From contig JAJFFW010000041.1 of assembly GCA_021776435.1 (NCBI GenBank), positions 6,351 through 70,350 on the forward strand: 64,000 nucleotides of DNA, written 5' to 3'. The translations under genes were made by a program, and so were the position numbers. The DNA comes from Parvularculaceae bacterium. GTDB lineage: Bacteria; Pseudomonadota; Alphaproteobacteria; Caulobacterales; Parvularculaceae. This document shows positions 50,084 through 61,470 of the stretch, piece after piece. Below the pieces are notes generated by a model that saw nothing but the letters and a program-made list of their open reading frames with translations, was not told where the DNA came from and did not search any database. The stretch's first letter is position 1, and each line of letters starts with the position of its first letter.

Positions 50084-53000
50084 GTGGAGAAGCCGCCATT
50101 GACTGATTTTGTGCATCTGCATTTGCACTCCGCATATTCGATGGCGGAAGGAGCGATACCGATCTCTAAGCTGGCGTCGTTGTGTATTGAGCATGCCATG
50201 CCGGCTGTGGCGATCACGGACACCAACAATCTTTTTGGGGCCCTGGAAGCGTCGGAGACGCTGAGCGCTGCCGGTGTGCAGCCCCTTATTGGTCTGCAGC
50301 AGGCTTTTACTGGCGCGTCGTTTGGTTTGCCGGAGGACCGCACGGGAGAACGCCCGCCAGCACTCGTATTGTTAGCGCAAACCGAAAACGGATATAACCA
50401 CCTCCTCAAGCTTACGAGTGAAGCATTTTTACGCTCTGCGAGTGAGGACGGTCCCTGTTGCGATCTGGATTGGCTGGCCGATCTTCAAGAGGGGATAATC
50501 TGCCTGACCGGCGGTTTTAACGGGCCTATCGATCGGCTCCTGCGTGAAAGTCGTGTTGAAGATGCAAGAATAGCGCTTTCGCGTCTTTCCGCGATCTTCC
50601 CCAACCGTCTTTATGTAGAGATTCAACGTCACAGAGAGAGGGAGGATAAGACGGATGAAACGGCGCTTATTGACCTTGCCTATGCGTTAGACCTGCCACT
50701 GGTTGCGACGAATGAGCCGTTTTTTCCGAAACCGGATTATTTTGAAGCTCATGATGCTTTGATGTGCATTGCCGACGGGGCTTATGTGCACCAAGAGGAC
50801 CGGCGCCGTGTCACGCCGGATCATTATTTTAAGTCCGCCGATGAAATGGTCGCGCTTTTCGATGACCTGCCTGAGGCGATCGAAAACACGGTCGAGATTG
50901 CTCAGCGTTGTTCGTTCCGGCCGCGGTGTCATGCGCCAATTCTTCCGCGATTTGTCGCCGGTGATGAAAAGGGAGGGGTAGACGCTGAAGCGCACGAACT
51001 TGCTCGTCAGGCGCACGAAGGACTAAAAATGCGGCTGGCTGCAATTGAGCTGGCGGCGCCCGAAGACGATTATTGGCGTCGGCTGGAGATTGAGCTCGGT
51101 ATTATCAACCGTATGGGATTTCCAGGATATTTTTTGATCGTTGCAGATTTTATAAAATGGTCGAAAGCGCAAGACATTCCGGTCGGTCCGGGGCGTGGTT
51201 CCGGCGCCGGATCGCTTGTCGCGTGGGCGCTGACGATTACCGATCTAGACCCCCTTCGTTTTGGACTTCTGTTTGAACGTTTCCTCAATCCGGAACGGGT
51301 TTCGATGCCTGATTTCGACATTGATTTCTGCCAGGACCGTCGTGATGAGGTGATCCGTTACGTCCAGCAGAAATATGGTGAGGATCGGGTTGCGCAGATC
51401 ATTACGTTTGGAAAACTTCAAGCACGGGCGGTTTTGCGTGATGTCGGCCGGGTGCTGAACATGCCTTTCGGTCAAGTCGACCGACTTTGCAAACTGGTGC
51501 CGAATAACCCTGCAAACCCGGTCTCACTTGGGGAGGCTCTAGCGACCGAGCCGCGCCTTGCAGCAGAACGAGACAGCGATGAATCCGTGGCGGCGCTTCT
51601 TGAAAAGGCGTTGAAACTGGAAGGGTTATATCGTCACGCCTCAACACATGCGGCGGGTGTCGTTATAGGCGACAGGCCGTTAAACGAACTTGTTCCGCTT
51701 TATCGTGACCCGCGATCCGATATGCCCGCCACGCAATTCAATATGAAATGGGTTGAACCGGCAGGCCTGGTGAAATTTGATTTTTTGGGTTTGAAGACCC
51801 TGACTGTTATCGCCCGCGCGCTGAAACTTCTCTCGAAGCGCGGTGTTGAAATCGACATCGCGTCGTTGCCTCTCGATGATCGCGCGAGCTTTGACATGCT
51901 AGGGGAGGGTTCGGCTGCAGGTGTATTCCAGCTTGAAAGTTCGGGCATGCGCGCGACGCTGCGATCGATGAAACCTGATACGCTTGAAGATATTATTGCG
52001 CTTGTCTCTCTCTACCGTCCCGGTCCGATGGAGAATATTCCGACATACATAGAGCGAAAGCAAGGTCTTCAGGAGCCGGATTATCTGCATCCCAAGCTCG
52101 AAGGCGTTTTAAAGGAAACCTATGGCGTAATCATCTATCAAGAACAGGTGATGCAGATCGCGCAAATACTCTCCGGTTATACTTTGGGCGAGGCGGATCT
52201 TTTGCGCCGAGCGATGGGAAAGAAAAATAAAGCGGAGATGGATCGCCAGCGCAAGCGTTTTGTTGAAGGGGCTGTCGGGCGAGGCGTTGATGCTGGAAAG
52301 GCGTCAACAATCTTCGACCTGGTGCAAAAATTCGCCGGATACGGATTTAATAAATCTCACGCCGCCGCCTATGCGCTCATTGCCTATCAGACGGCTTATC
52401 TCAAGGCCAATTATCCAGCTGAGTTCCTCGCCGCCTCGATGTCCCTCGACCGGGCGAATACGGACAAGCTGGCGGTCTTTTTGGAAGAGGCCAAGCGCAT
52501 CGGCGTGGAGGTGCGGGCGCCGCATGTGAATTCTTCCCTATCTGATTTTACCGTAGTGGATGGAGCCATCGTTTACGCATTATCGGCGGTGAAAAATGTG
52601 GGTGAGGCGGCGATGGAGCATATCGCAGAGATTCGACAAAAGGGGGGCGAATTTTCCGACCTCCATGCGTTTTCAGAGAGAGTTGATCTGAAGCGTGTCG
52701 GTAAGCGCGCTATGGAAAACCTCGCCCGCGCTGGCGCGTTTGACGGTTTGTGTGCGTCGCGCGCGCAAGGGTTTGCAGCGTCTGAGCTCCTTATTCGGGC
52801 ATCGGCGCAGGCAACTGAAGACCGCCAAAGTGACCAGGTCGGACTTTTCGATCTTGCGGCCGCTCCGGCGCTTGAGCGTCCGAGATTACCGACCGCTGAT
52901 GATTGGCCGCCACTCGCGCGTCTGGATGCTGAGCGCGCCGCGTTGGGTTTTTATTTCAGCGGTCACCCTCTTGATGACTATGAACGTGAGTTACGGCGAC

Positions 53001-53548
53001 TCAAGGTGCTCTCTTATTCAGAGGCTGTAAGCCAGGCGATGAATGGGCGGTCCAGTTTCCAGATGGCGGGGGTCGTTCGTTCGGTCCGTTTTCGCCGATC
53101 AAAGTCCGGACGGCCGTTTGCCTGGGTGGAGTGCTCAGACGCAACCGGAGAATATGAAATCACCGTGTTTTCAGAAACGCTGTCTACATCGCGGGACCTT
53201 TTCGAGACCGGGGCGATGCTGCTTTTTTCTTTGGCTGCTGAGGATCGAGAAGGTGAAATCCGGTTTGCCTGTGAAAGCGTCAAGCGGCTTGATGCAGCTG
53301 CGGCTGGCGCCAAGTCCCAGCTGCGTATCGAGATCAGCACGGAAGCGGCGCTGGAAGGGGTCAAACGACGTCTTAGTGGGGTAAAATCATCTACGGCACA
53401 GGAAAATGGCCAGATTATTGTGAAAATACGTCTCCCTGAGACGGGACGCGAAATTGAGATTTTATTGCCGGACAGTGCGGCTTGTACGCCCGCCATGCGC
53501 GGCGCCCTTAAAACAGTTGAGGGCGTCACGGATGTTGAGCTGGTCTGA
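50084..53548 (+). CDS. dnaE: DNA polymerase III alpha subunit
   Basis: 1154 aa. PHP domain 'FVHLHLHSAYSMAEGA', polymerase core 'GPGRGSGAGSLVAWAL...PDFDIDF', OB fold near the C-terminus. GTG start. Confidence 0.95.
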   Translation: MEKPPLTDFVHLHLHSAYSMAEGAIPISKLASLCIEHAMPAVAITDTNNLFGALEASETLSAAGVQPLIGLQQAFTGASFGLPEDRTGERPPALVLLAQTENGYNHLLKLTSEAFLRSASEDGPCCDLDWLADLQEGIICLTGGFNGPIDRLLRESRVEDARIALSRLSAIFPNRLYVEIQRHREREDKTDETALIDLAYALDLPLVATNEPFFPKPDYFEAHDALMCIADGAYVHQEDRRRVTPDHYFKSADEMVALFDDLPEAIENTVEIAQRCSFRPRCHAPILPRFVAGDEKGGVDAEAHELARQAHEGLKMRLAAIELAAPEDDYWRRLEIELGIINRMGFPGYFLIVADFIKWSKAQDIPVGPGRGSGAGSLVAWALTITDLDPLRFGLLFERFLNPERVSMPDFDIDFCQDRRDEVIRYVQQKYGEDRVAQIITFGKLQARAVLRDVGRVLNMPFGQVDRLCKLVPNNPANPVSLGEALATEPRLAAERDSDESVAALLEKALKLEGLYRHASTHAAGVVIGDRPLNELVPLYRDPRSDMPATQFNMKWVEPAGLVKFDFLGLKTLTVIARALKLLSKRGVEIDIASLPLDDRASFDMLGEGSAAGVFQLESSGMRATLRSMKPDTLEDIIALVSLYRPGPMENIPTYIERKQGLQEPDYLHPKLEGVLKETYGVIIYQEQVMQIAQILSGYTLGEADLLRRAMGKKNKAEMDRQRKRFVEGAVGRGVDAGKASTIFDLVQKFAGYGFNKSHAAAYALIAYQTAYLKANYPAEFLAASMSLDRANTDKLAVFLEEAKRIGVEVRAPHVNSSLSDFTVVDGAIVYALSAVKNVGEAAMEHIAEIRQKGGEFSDLHAFSERVDLKRVGKRAMENLARAGAFDGLCASRAQGFAASELLIRASAQATEDRQSDQVGLFDLAAAPALERPRLPTADDWPPLARLDAERAALGFYFSGHPLDDYERELRRLKVLSYSEAVSQAMNGRSSFQMAGVVRSVRFRRSKSGRPFAWVECSDATGEYEITVFSETLSTSRDLFETGAMLLFSLAAEDREGEIRFACESVKRLDAAAAGAKSQLRIEISTEAALEGVKRRLSGVKSSTAQENGQIIVKIRLPETGREIEILLPDSAACTPAMRGALKTVEGVTDVELV

Positions 53549-53714
53549 TTCGCGAAATACTTTCTTCCTTATTGCTTCAGGCAGTTGAAAACTGATGCTG
53601 ATCGGCGTATAGGGCGCGCCATCTCACACGCAGCGCCATCCTCGGTGGCGAGCTTGGGCTTTTGTCTGGGCGGGCTTACGCGGCGTTGCGGCGGAAAAAC
53701 CGAAGGAGTCTACT

Positions 53715-54578
53715 ATGGCGTTGCCAGAATTTTCTATGCGTCAGCTTTTGGAAGCTGGCGTTCATTTCGGCCATCAGACACATCGCTGGAACCCAAAAAT
53801 GAAATCGTTCATTTTTGGTGACCGTAACGGCATTCACGTTATTGATCTGTCTCAGACTGTTCCATTGCTACATCAGGCGCTCGTCAAAGTTCGCGATGTG
53901 GTCGCAGGCGGCGGGCGTGTTCTTTTTGTCGGCACCAAGCGACAGGCGCAAACGCCAGTCGCTGAAGCGGCTCAACGCTGTGCGCAGTATTATATGAATG
54001 TGCGATGGCTTGGCGGTACGCTTACCAACTGGGAAACCATCTCGAATTCAATTCGACGGATGAAAGACATGGAAGAACGTCTTGCCGGTGGGGGGCAAGG
54101 CCTGACCAAAAAAGAACAGCTTCAACTGACACGGGAAAAGGCGAAACTTGATGCGTCGCTCGGCGGCATCCGCGATATGGGCGGGCTACCGGATTTGATG
54201 TTTGTTATTGATGTCACGAAAGAAGACATCGCCGTCAAAGAAGCCAAGAAGCTTGGTATTCCTGTCGTCGCTATTGTCGACACCAATTGCAGCCCGGACG
54301 GCATTGATTATGTCATCCCGGGAAATGATGACGCCTCGAGGGCGATCGCTCTTTATTGCAACCTGATGGCGGATGCGGTTATCGACGGTATTTCGGCCAG
54401 TCAAGCAGCGCTCGGCGTTGATCTGGGGGCAATGGAAAATGTTCCCGAGGAAACGATATTATCGGAAGAACCGACGACTGCGGCCCCGGATACGACTGCT
54501 GACGAAGTCACGCCCACAGACGATACGGAACCATCGAAAGAAACGACAGCGCCGGCAGCCGCCGCCGCGCCAGCCTGA
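53715..54578 (+). CDS. rpsB: 30S ribosomal protein S2
   Basis: '[22 protein letters not shown]'. Acidic/Pro/Thr/Ala-rich C-terminal tail. Confidence 0.95.
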   Translation: MALPEFSMRQLLEAGVHFGHQTHRWNPKMKSFIFGDRNGIHVIDLSQTVPLLHQALVKVRDVVAGGGRVLFVGTKRQAQTPVAEAAQRCAQYYMNVRWLGGTLTNWETISNSIRRMKDMEERLAGGGQGLTKKEQLQLTREKAKLDASLGGIRDMGGLPDLMFVIDVTKEDIAVKEAKKLGIPVVAIVDTNCSPDGIDYVIPGNDDASRAIALYCNLMADAVIDGISASQAALGVDLGAMENVPEETILSEEPTTAAPDTTADEVTPTDDTEPSKETTAPAAAAAPA

Positions 54579-54734
54579 TCGGTTTTTAAGGCTTAACCCA
54601 TTTGTCGTACTCCCTTCATGGGGTGATGTGACGTCAACCGGCGAACTTAAAAACCTGTGTGCTGATTGTAAGCACGCAACGATCCAATCAAGCGTGGGAG
54701 CATTGTGATGCGCCCCGTAGCAAGGAGCAAGAAA

Positions 54735-55643
54735 ATGACTGGCATCACCGCTGCGATGGTGAAGGAACTGCGCGAAATGACCGGCGCAGGCATGATGGAC
54801 TGCAAAGGCGCGCTCAATGAGACTGGTGCGGATATGGAAGCCGCGGTTGATTGGCTGCGCAAGAAAGGTCTGTCAAAGGCTGCGAAAAAAGCCGACCGTA
54901 TGGCGGCTGACGGACTTGTCGCTATTGCGATAGAAACTGGAGCGCGGGGCGCAGAAGGTGTGCTCGTCGAAATTAATTCTGAAACAGATTTTGTCGCACG
55001 CAATGAAGTGTTTCAGTCCATGGTCGGTGAAATTGCACAAATTGCGCTATCTGTGAATGGTGACCTTGACCAATTGCGTAACGCAGATTTTCCCGAATCC
55101 GGTAAATCGGTCGAAGGCCATGTGGCTGAGATGGTTGGCAAGATCGGCGAAAACATGACGCTACGGCGTGCAGAAGGTGTTGCGGTCGATGAAGGTGTTG
55201 TGGCTTCTTATGTGCACGGACAAGTGACGGACGGCGCCGGCAAGATTGGCGTTCTGGTTGGACTGAAATCTTCCGGCGATCGTGAAAAACTGCAAGTCCT
55301 TGGTAAACAGATTGCGATGCATGTAGCGGCGGCGCGGCCGCTGTCGGCGTTTGTCCAAGATCTTGATCCGGCGGTATTGGATCGCGAGAAAACAATTCTC
55401 GCGGATCAGGCTCGCGCCTCTGGAAAACCTGAAAATATCATTGAAAAAATGGTTGAGGGCAGGTTGCGCAAGTTTTACGAGGAATCAGTCCTGCTTGAAC
55501 AGATTTTCGTAATCGATGGTGAAACCAAAGTTGGCAAAGTGATCGAAAACGCAGCCGCGGATGTCGGGGCTCCTGTCGAGCTCGTTGGTTTTGCTCGCCT
55601 GGAACTGGGCGAAGGCGTCGATAAGATCGCTGACGAGGACTAA
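54735..55643 (+). CDS. tsf: translation elongation factor Ts
   Basis: 'MTGITAAMVKELREMTGAGMMDCKGAL'. AAGGAG SD 7 nt upstream of the ATG at 54735; the ORF-track start at 54705 is rejected. Confidence 0.95.
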   Translation: MTGITAAMVKELREMTGAGMMDCKGALNETGADMEAAVDWLRKKGLSKAAKKADRMAADGLVAIAIETGARGAEGVLVEINSETDFVARNEVFQSMVGEIAQIALSVNGDLDQLRNADFPESGKSVEGHVAEMVGKIGENMTLRRAEGVAVDEGVVASYVHGQVTDGAGKIGVLVGLKSSGDREKLQVLGKQIAMHVAAARPLSAFVQDLDPAVLDREKTILADQARASGKPENIIEKMVEGRLRKFYEESVLLEQIFVIDGETKVGKVIENAAADVGAPVELVGFARLELGEGVDKIADED

Positions 55644-55683
55644 TCTTTCGGGATGGTTAATCCTCGAGTCGCCAATTACGAGA

Positions 55684-55710
55684 GCCCGGACAGCGCGTCC
55701 GGGCTTTTTT
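55684..55710 (+). terminator. rho-independent terminator after tsf
   Basis: GCCCGGAC-agcgc-GTCCGGGC followed by TTTTTT. Confidence 0.75.
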
Positions 55711-55849
55711 CGTTCATCGCGAGCTTGCAAATGCGCGCCGCTTTTCTAAGGTGACGCGCAATAAGGCAAAGGCAGACGCTACAGCGCTTCCGGCTTTCGC
55801 GTTCGCGTGTAATTCTGTTTTATCGCGCGTTTTGAAAACAGGTCAAAAC

Positions 55850-56596
55850 ATGACAGACCCTAATACCGCTCCCACTCCTGGCGTGCCGCGTTTCAGTAGA
55901 GTTCTTCTCAAGATATCCGGTGAAGCGCTGATGGGTTCCGGTCAGTATGGGATTGATCAGGACACCGTTAAGCGCATCGCTCGCGAGGTGAAAGACGCCA
56001 AAGAGCTTGGCGTTCAGATCGGGTTGGTGATTGGAGGGGGAAATATTTTTCGGGGTGTTTCAAATGCCGCCCACGGCATGGAGCGGGCGAGCGCCGATTA
56101 TATGGGAATGCTCGCGACGGTCATGAATGCGCTGGCAATGCAAAATGCCCTCGAAGACCTGGGCCTCTATACCCGCGTGATGTCTGCCATAGAGATGATG
56201 GCAATCTGCGAGCCGTATATCCGGCGTCGCGCGCTCAGGCATATGGAAAAGGGGAGGGTTGTTATCTTCGCTGCTGGCACCGGCAATCCGTTTTTCACTA
56301 CCGACACGGCCGCAGCGTTGCGTGCGGCCGAAATGGGGTGCGACGTTCTCTTAAAGGGGACACAAGTCGATGGTGTTTACACAGCCGACCCCAAGTTCAA
56401 TGCTGATGCAGAGCGATTTGATAAACTTTCCTATCACGAGGTTTTACTGCGTGATCTTAAAGTTATGGATCAGGCGGCAATCGCGTTGACGCGCGAAAAC
56501 TCGATACCAATTGTCGTATTCCCGATTGGCAATGCGGGTGGCATAGTGGGTGCGATATCCGGTCTGGGGCCGCATACGATCATAATGGATGATTGA
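55850..56596 (+). CDS. pyrH: UMP kinase
   Basis: '[13 protein letters not shown]', '[10 protein letters not shown]', '[12 protein letters not shown]'. The internal ATG at 55850 is preferred. Confidence 0.93.
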   Translation: MTDPNTAPTPGVPRFSRVLLKISGEALMGSGQYGIDQDTVKRIAREVKDAKELGVQIGLVIGGGNIFRGVSNAAHGMERASADYMGMLATVMNALAMQNALEDLGLYTRVMSAIEMMAICEPYIRRRALRHMEKGRVVIFAAGTGNPFFTTDTAAALRAAEMGCDVLLKGTQVDGVYTADPKFNADAERFDKLSYHEVLLRDLKVMDQAAIALTRENSIPIVVFPIGNAGGIVGAISGLGPHTIIMDD

Positions 56597-56655
56597 AGTA
56601 ATGCCTGTTTTTCGCAGTAAAATCAGATAACAAGACATAAAAGGAGATTACCCAG

Positions 56656-57210
56656 ATGAGCATCGACGGCGTCGACCTGAAAGATCTTGGAAAACGTATG
56701 GAGGGAGCGATTGCGGCGTTGAAAACTGAGTTTTCAGGTTTGCGCACCGGGCGTGCTTCTGCGAGTTTAGTCGAACCGATCACAGTCGACGCTTACGGAT
56801 CGCGTATGCCGATCAGTCAGGTCGGAACTGTCGGCATTCCGGACCCTAGAATGATCTCGATTCAAGTCTGGGATAAAGGGCTGGTTGGCGCGGTCGAAAA
56901 AGCGATCCGCGATTCCGGTCTTGGTATCAATCCAGTGGTTGATGGGACGACAGTCCGTGTGCCGGTGCCGCCGTTAACTGAAGAACGTCGCGTGGATCTT
57001 GTCAAAGTCGCTGGAAAATATGCTGAACACGCACGGGTCTCTATACGTAATGTGAGACGAGAGGGCATGGAGGCTATCAAGAAGGCCGACGGCGCGAGCG
57101 AAGATGAGCAGAAACACTTGTCGGAGCAGGTTCAGAAGCTGACTGATGAGATGGTTAAGAACGTGGACCATGCACTATCGACCAAAGAAGTCGAAATCAT
57201 GCGCGTCTGA
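56656..57210 (+). CDS. frr: ribosome recycling factor
   Basis: 184 aa. '...[28 protein letters not shown]...IRNVRREG'. Confidence 0.95.
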   Translation: MSIDGVDLKDLGKRMEGAIAALKTEFSGLRTGRASASLVEPITVDAYGSRMPISQVGTVGIPDPRMISIQVWDKGLVGAVEKAIRDSGLGINPVVDGTTVRVPVPPLTEERRVDLVKVAGKYAEHARVSIRNVRREGMEAIKKADGASEDEQKHLSEQVQKLTDEMVKNVDHALSTKEVEIMRV

Positions 57211-57326
57211 AGTGTTTCTCGTGTGACGGGAATCAGTCTGATGCTCAGTCTAATGCGCGCCGACTCTGATGACTTTCAACTCATTGGGGCCGCCAAAGCA
57301 GAGTGTGCTTATAAGGAGACCAGAGT

Positions 57327-58091
57327 GTGACCGCTAAGCCTGTGACACACTACCCTCAGGGAACCGCCAGTGGCGGTCGAACCGGGTTGTCACACGTGGC
57401 GATCATTATGGATGGAAATGGCCGATGGGCTGCCGGGCAAGGATTGCCCCGTGCTGCGGGTCATCGGCAAGGGGTTGAGGCGGCGCGCCGTGCGGTAGAG
57501 GCGGCGAACGAGCTTGGATTAACCCATTTAACCCTTTACAGTTTCTCTACGGAGAATTGGGGTCGTCCAGCTGGCGAAGTCCGCGACCTGATGACTCTGT
57601 TGCGAAAATTTATTGCGCAAGATCTGCCCCGCCTTAAACGTGAGGGTGTGAGAGTCCGTATTATTGGCGACCGAGAAAGCCTTGACCCCGAGCTGCGAAT
57701 TTTAGTGACCCGCGCCGAGAAGGAAACTGGCGGTAATCACAGCTTTACATTGCAGATTGCCTTTAACTATGGCGGGCGCGATGAAATCATTCGCGTCGCC
57801 CGCTCTCTGGCGGTGAAAGCCAGCGAGGGCGTTATTGATCCAAAAAAGATCGCTGGCTCCGATATAGAGCAATTGCTAGATACAAAAGGGATCCCTGATC
57901 CCGAACTTGTTATCCGTACGAGTGGGGAAAAGCGAATTAGTAACTTTCTTTTGTGGCAAGCAGCTTATGCCGAATATGTTTTCTTGGATGTGTTATGGCC
58001 TGATTTTGATCGCTCCCATTTCGAAAAAGCAATCGCCGAATATCAATTGAGAGATCGCCGGTTCGGCGGCATTGGCGCTGGCGCGGGATAA
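57327..58091 (+). CDS. uppS: di-trans,poly-cis-undecaprenyl-diphosphate synthase
   Basis: '[13 protein letters not shown]', '[14 protein letters not shown]', '[21 protein letters not shown]'. Confidence 0.93.
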   Translation: MTAKPVTHYPQGTASGGRTGLSHVAIIMDGNGRWAAGQGLPRAAGHRQGVEAARRAVEAANELGLTHLTLYSFSTENWGRPAGEVRDLMTLLRKFIAQDLPRLKREGVRVRIIGDRESLDPELRILVTRAEKETGGNHSFTLQIAFNYGGRDEIIRVARSLAVKASEGVIDPKKIAGSDIEQLLDTKGIPDPELVIRTSGEKRISNFLLWQAAYAEYVFLDVLWPDFDRSHFEKAIAEYQLRDRRFGGIGAGAG

Positions 58092-58103
58092 GGTATCTGA
58101 ATC

Positions 58104-58943
58104 GTGGAGGTCAAATCGCAAACCCAGGTATCGAAATCGAGCGGGTCCATGGGCCCACGTATCCTTTCCGCATTCATTTTGATTCCGGGTGCGCTAACGG
58201 CGACCTATATCGGAGGGCCAATTTTTGCGGCTGGCGTGGCCTTTGCCTGCGTGGTGATGATTTTTGAATGGAGCCGAATGGTTGAGGGGCGTGAATTTTC
58301 GCACGCCTTTTATGCGTTGTCTTTTGCCAGCGCCGGGGCGCTGGTTTGCGCTGCAGGAGGTGAGTTCGTATGGGCTTTTGTTATTTGCGTATCAGGAGCG
58401 GCGGGGGCGGCATTTTTTGCAAAAGGACCTTCAGGGACACGTGCGTGGGTTAGTTTTGGTGCGCTCTATTTGATCGCGCCTTCAATTGCTCTTTTATGGC
58501 TTCGCTCCGATGTCCAGAATGGTCGTGCGCTTACTTTCATGTTGCTTGCTATTGTGTGGGCTGCTGATACTGGCGCTTATGCTGCCGGTCGATTGGTTGG
58601 GGGACCGAAAATGAATCCGGCCGTTTCCCCGGCTAAAACGTGGGCTGGTATTATTGGCGGCGTATTATTTGGCGCTTTCGCCGGTGCAGCGGCTGCGCGT
58701 ATTGCTTTCGGGCCGGGCGCGTTATCTCTGTATCTCATTGTGGGGGGAGCGCTTGGGCTTGCTTCAGTGCTTGGCGATGTCGCAGAGTCTGCGTTTAAAA
58801 GGATCTTCGGAGTGAAAGACTCTAGTAGTTTTATTCCAGGTCACGGCGGTGTGTTAGATAGGCTCGATGGCATGATTTTCGCCACGGCGGCTATGACGTC
58901 GGTGCTTTTCGTTTATATTCTAGCCGCAAGGCTTCAAGGATAG
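58104..58943 (+). CDS. cdsA: phosphatidate cytidylyltransferase
   Basis: Polytopic membrane protein with the CTP-transferase signature 'SAFKRIFGVKDSSSFIPGHGGVLDRLDG'. Start uncertain (GTG at 58104 or ATG at 58149). Confidence 0.9.
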   Translation: MEVKSQTQVSKSSGSMGPRILSAFILIPGALTATYIGGPIFAAGVAFACVVMIFEWSRMVEGREFSHAFYALSFASAGALVCAAGGEFVWAFVICVSGAAGAAFFAKGPSGTRAWVSFGALYLIAPSIALLWLRSDVQNGRALTFMLLAIVWAADTGAYAAGRLVGGPKMNPAVSPAKTWAGIIGGVLFGAFAGAAAARIAFGPGALSLYLIVGGALGLASVLGDVAESAFKRIFGVKDSSSFIPGHGGVLDRLDGMIFATAAMTSVLFVYILAARLQG

Positions 58944-58946
58944 GGT

Positions 58947-60161
58947 ATGGAGCAAGTGAGTAAAATGAAATTAGGTCCGCGTCGGGTCACGATTCTGGGT
59001 TCAACCGGGTCGATAGGCGTGAACACGCTCGATTTGTTGGAATTCGCCGCTGCGCGGGGTGAGGCGGAAATCAAGATTGAAGCGCTCACCGCCAATCGCA
59101 ATGTCGCTCTTCTCGCGGAGCAGGCCCATAAATTCCGGCCGAGTTTTGTCGCCGTGGCCGATGAGAGTTTAGCTGAAGATCTAAAATCCGCCGTCGCAGA
59201 GCTTGATATTGAAACGGGCGCAGGCGCCGACGCAATTGAAGAGGCTGCGGCGCGTGACGCCAATTGGGTTATGGCGGCGATCGTTGGCGCGGCGGGATTA
59301 AAGCCGACACTGTGCGCGGCGCGCCGGGGGGCTGCAATTGCGCTTGCCAATAAGGAATGTCTTGTCTGTGCGGGCGATGTGGTGACCGCTGCGGTTCGTG
59401 AAGCGGGCGGAATGCTTTTGCCGGTCGATTCTGAGCACAATGCGATTTTTCAGGTATTCGATTTTGACCACCCAAACCGTGTTTCAAAACTCATTCTGAC
59501 GGCGTCTGGCGGACCATTTCGCACATCGTCAAAGGCGGATATGGCTGCGGCGACGCCAGCCCAAGCTGTGGCCCACCCAAACTGGACGATGGGCGCCAAA
59601 ATTTCGGTTGATTCTGCGACAATGATGAATAAAGGCCTCGAGTTGATCGAAGCGGCGCATTTATTCCCTGTCTCGCATGAGCGGATCGATATCCTGGTTC
59701 ATCCTCAATCCGTTATCCATTCGATGGTGGAATATGTCGACGGGTCTGTCCTCGCTCAACTTGGAACGCCGGATATGCGAACGCCGATTGCCTCGGCGCT
59801 GGCCTGGCCTGACCGTACACCCAGTCCGAGTCCGCGCCTTAATCTGGCGGAAGTCGCGACCTTAACCTTTGAAGCGCCCGATTTAGATCGGTTTCCCGCC
59901 TTGCGTCTTGCTCGGGAAGCGGTTGAGCGCGGGGGTGTCTATCCGGCCACTCTCAATGCCGCCAATGAGATCGCTGTGGCTGCTTTCCTGGCGGGAGGGT
60001 TGAAATTTCTGGACATTGCCGCTGTCACCGAGCAGGTTCTCGGCATGGTGGGGCGACGGAACGGACCAGCGACGCTCGAATCGCTTGAAGACGCGATGGA
60101 GGCTGATGCTGACGCACGACGCTTGGCGGTGGAAGCCGTCGCGGCGCGCGTAGCGGCTTAA
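58947..60161 (+). CDS. dxr: 1-deoxy-D-xylulose 5-phosphate reductoisomerase
   Basis: '[11 protein letters not shown]', 'LANKECLV', '[11 protein letters not shown]', 'LTASGGPFR', 'NKGLELIEA'. Alternative start at 58965. Confidence 0.93.
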   Translation: MEQVSKMKLGPRRVTILGSTGSIGVNTLDLLEFAAARGEAEIKIEALTANRNVALLAEQAHKFRPSFVAVADESLAEDLKSAVAELDIETGAGADAIEEAAARDANWVMAAIVGAAGLKPTLCAARRGAAIALANKECLVCAGDVVTAAVREAGGMLLPVDSEHNAIFQVFDFDHPNRVSKLILTASGGPFRTSSKADMAAATPAQAVAHPNWTMGAKISVDSATMMNKGLELIEAAHLFPVSHERIDILVHPQSVIHSMVEYVDGSVLAQLGTPDMRTPIASALAWPDRTPSPSPRLNLAEVATLTFEAPDLDRFPALRLAREAVERGGVYPATLNAANEIAVAAFLAGGLKFLDIAAVTEQVLGMVGRRNGPATLESLEDAMEADADARRLAVEAVAARVAA

Positions 60162-60179
60162 GAACCCGGAGCTTAGTAA

Positions 60180-61460
60180 ATGTCGGTCGCAGGTATGACG
60201 CTTGAATCGATTTTGGTTTTTCCGATCACTATCGCTGCATTTCTCGCCCTTTTGACGATCATCGTATTCTTCCATGAATTCGGTCATTTTTACGTTGCGC
60301 GACTTCTCGGCGTGCGGGTGGACATTTTTTCGATTGGGTTTGGAAAAACGCTGTGGCGGTGGGTCGATCGAAAGGGGACAGAGTGGCGAATCGCGTTGTT
60401 GCCTTTAGGCGGGTATGTAAAATTTTTCGGGGATTTAAATATTGCTTCTCAGGCGCCGCCAGCGGCTGAGGGGAGCGCTCATTCCGATGTTGAGCCGCAT
60501 CCCGTGACAACCCAATTTCCGCGGCCCGGCCACGAAGAAGAGACGGCGCAGGGCATGACGGCCGAAGAACGGAAGGTCTGTTTTCATTTTAAACCGTTGT
60601 GGGTACGCGCTGCGGTCGTTGCGGCCGGTCCATTCGCCAATTTCATATTGGCTATTGCTATTTTCTGGGTGCTTTTGGTCAGTCTCGGCCAAGTCGTTTA
60701 CGAACCGAGAGTTGCGTTGGTTGAGGAAGCCTCGGCGGCCGCTGAAGCGGGGTTTCAACCAGACGATCTCATTCGGTCAATCAATGGTCGACCGATCCAG
60801 GCGTTTCACGAATTAAGACTAGCTGTGACATTAAGCACTGGCGATCCACTTCGTTTCGAAGTCGATCGAGGTGGCGAGACAATCACTCTCACCGCGACTC
60901 CGAGGCGTCATGAAACGAAAGACGCCTATGGCAACACGATTTCTGTTGGCATGCTTGGGGTCGCAAGTGACAGCAATTCACGCGCCTTTATTCGGCATGG
61001 TCCGATGGGGGCGCTACGTGGAGCGAGCGTGCAAGTATGGCGGATTCTCGCCAGCACAGTGAAAGTCATCGGACGTCTCGTTGTCGGCAAAGAAGATACC
61101 AGTCAACTCGGTGGCCCTTTGAAAATGGCTCAATTTGCTGGGCAATCTGTGATGTCTGGTTTTGACGAGTCAGGTTATGCTTCTCCACCAAGCTTCATCC
61201 AGAAGTTGAAGGTGAGTTTGGTCGACTTCATAAGTTTGGCGGCGATTGTGTCAATATCTATCGGTTTTTTAAATCTTCTTCCAATACCGGTTCTCGACGG
61301 CGGCCATCTAATGTATTACGCCTATGAGGCCGTTGCCGGTAAGCCGTTGGGGGCTAGGGCGCAGGCGATCGGATTTCGGGTGGGTATCGTCTTTCTGGCG
61401 TCGCTCATGCTTTTTGTAACGTGGAATGACATCAATCATCTGCTCTCTTTAAACAGCTAG
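60180..61460 (+). CDS. rseP: RIP zinc metalloprotease RseP (M50 site-2 protease)
   Basis: 'HEFGHF' zinc motif in TM1, PDZ region, 'NLLPIPVLDGGH'. Confidence 0.9.
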   Translation: MSVAGMTLESILVFPITIAAFLALLTIIVFFHEFGHFYVARLLGVRVDIFSIGFGKTLWRWVDRKGTEWRIALLPLGGYVKFFGDLNIASQAPPAAEGSAHSDVEPHPVTTQFPRPGHEEETAQGMTAEERKVCFHFKPLWVRAAVVAAGPFANFILAIAIFWVLLVSLGQVVYEPRVALVEEASAAAEAGFQPDDLIRSINGRPIQAFHELRLAVTLSTGDPLRFEVDRGGETITLTATPRRHETKDAYGNTISVGMLGVASDSNSRAFIRHGPMGALRGASVQVWRILASTVKVIGRLVVGKEDTSQLGGPLKMAQFAGQSVMSGFDESGYASPPSFIQKLKVSLVDFISLAAIVSISIGFLNLLPIPVLDGGHLMYYAYEAVAGKPLGARAQAIGFRVGIVFLASLMLFVTWNDINHLLSLNS

Positions 61461-61470
61461 GTCGGCGGCA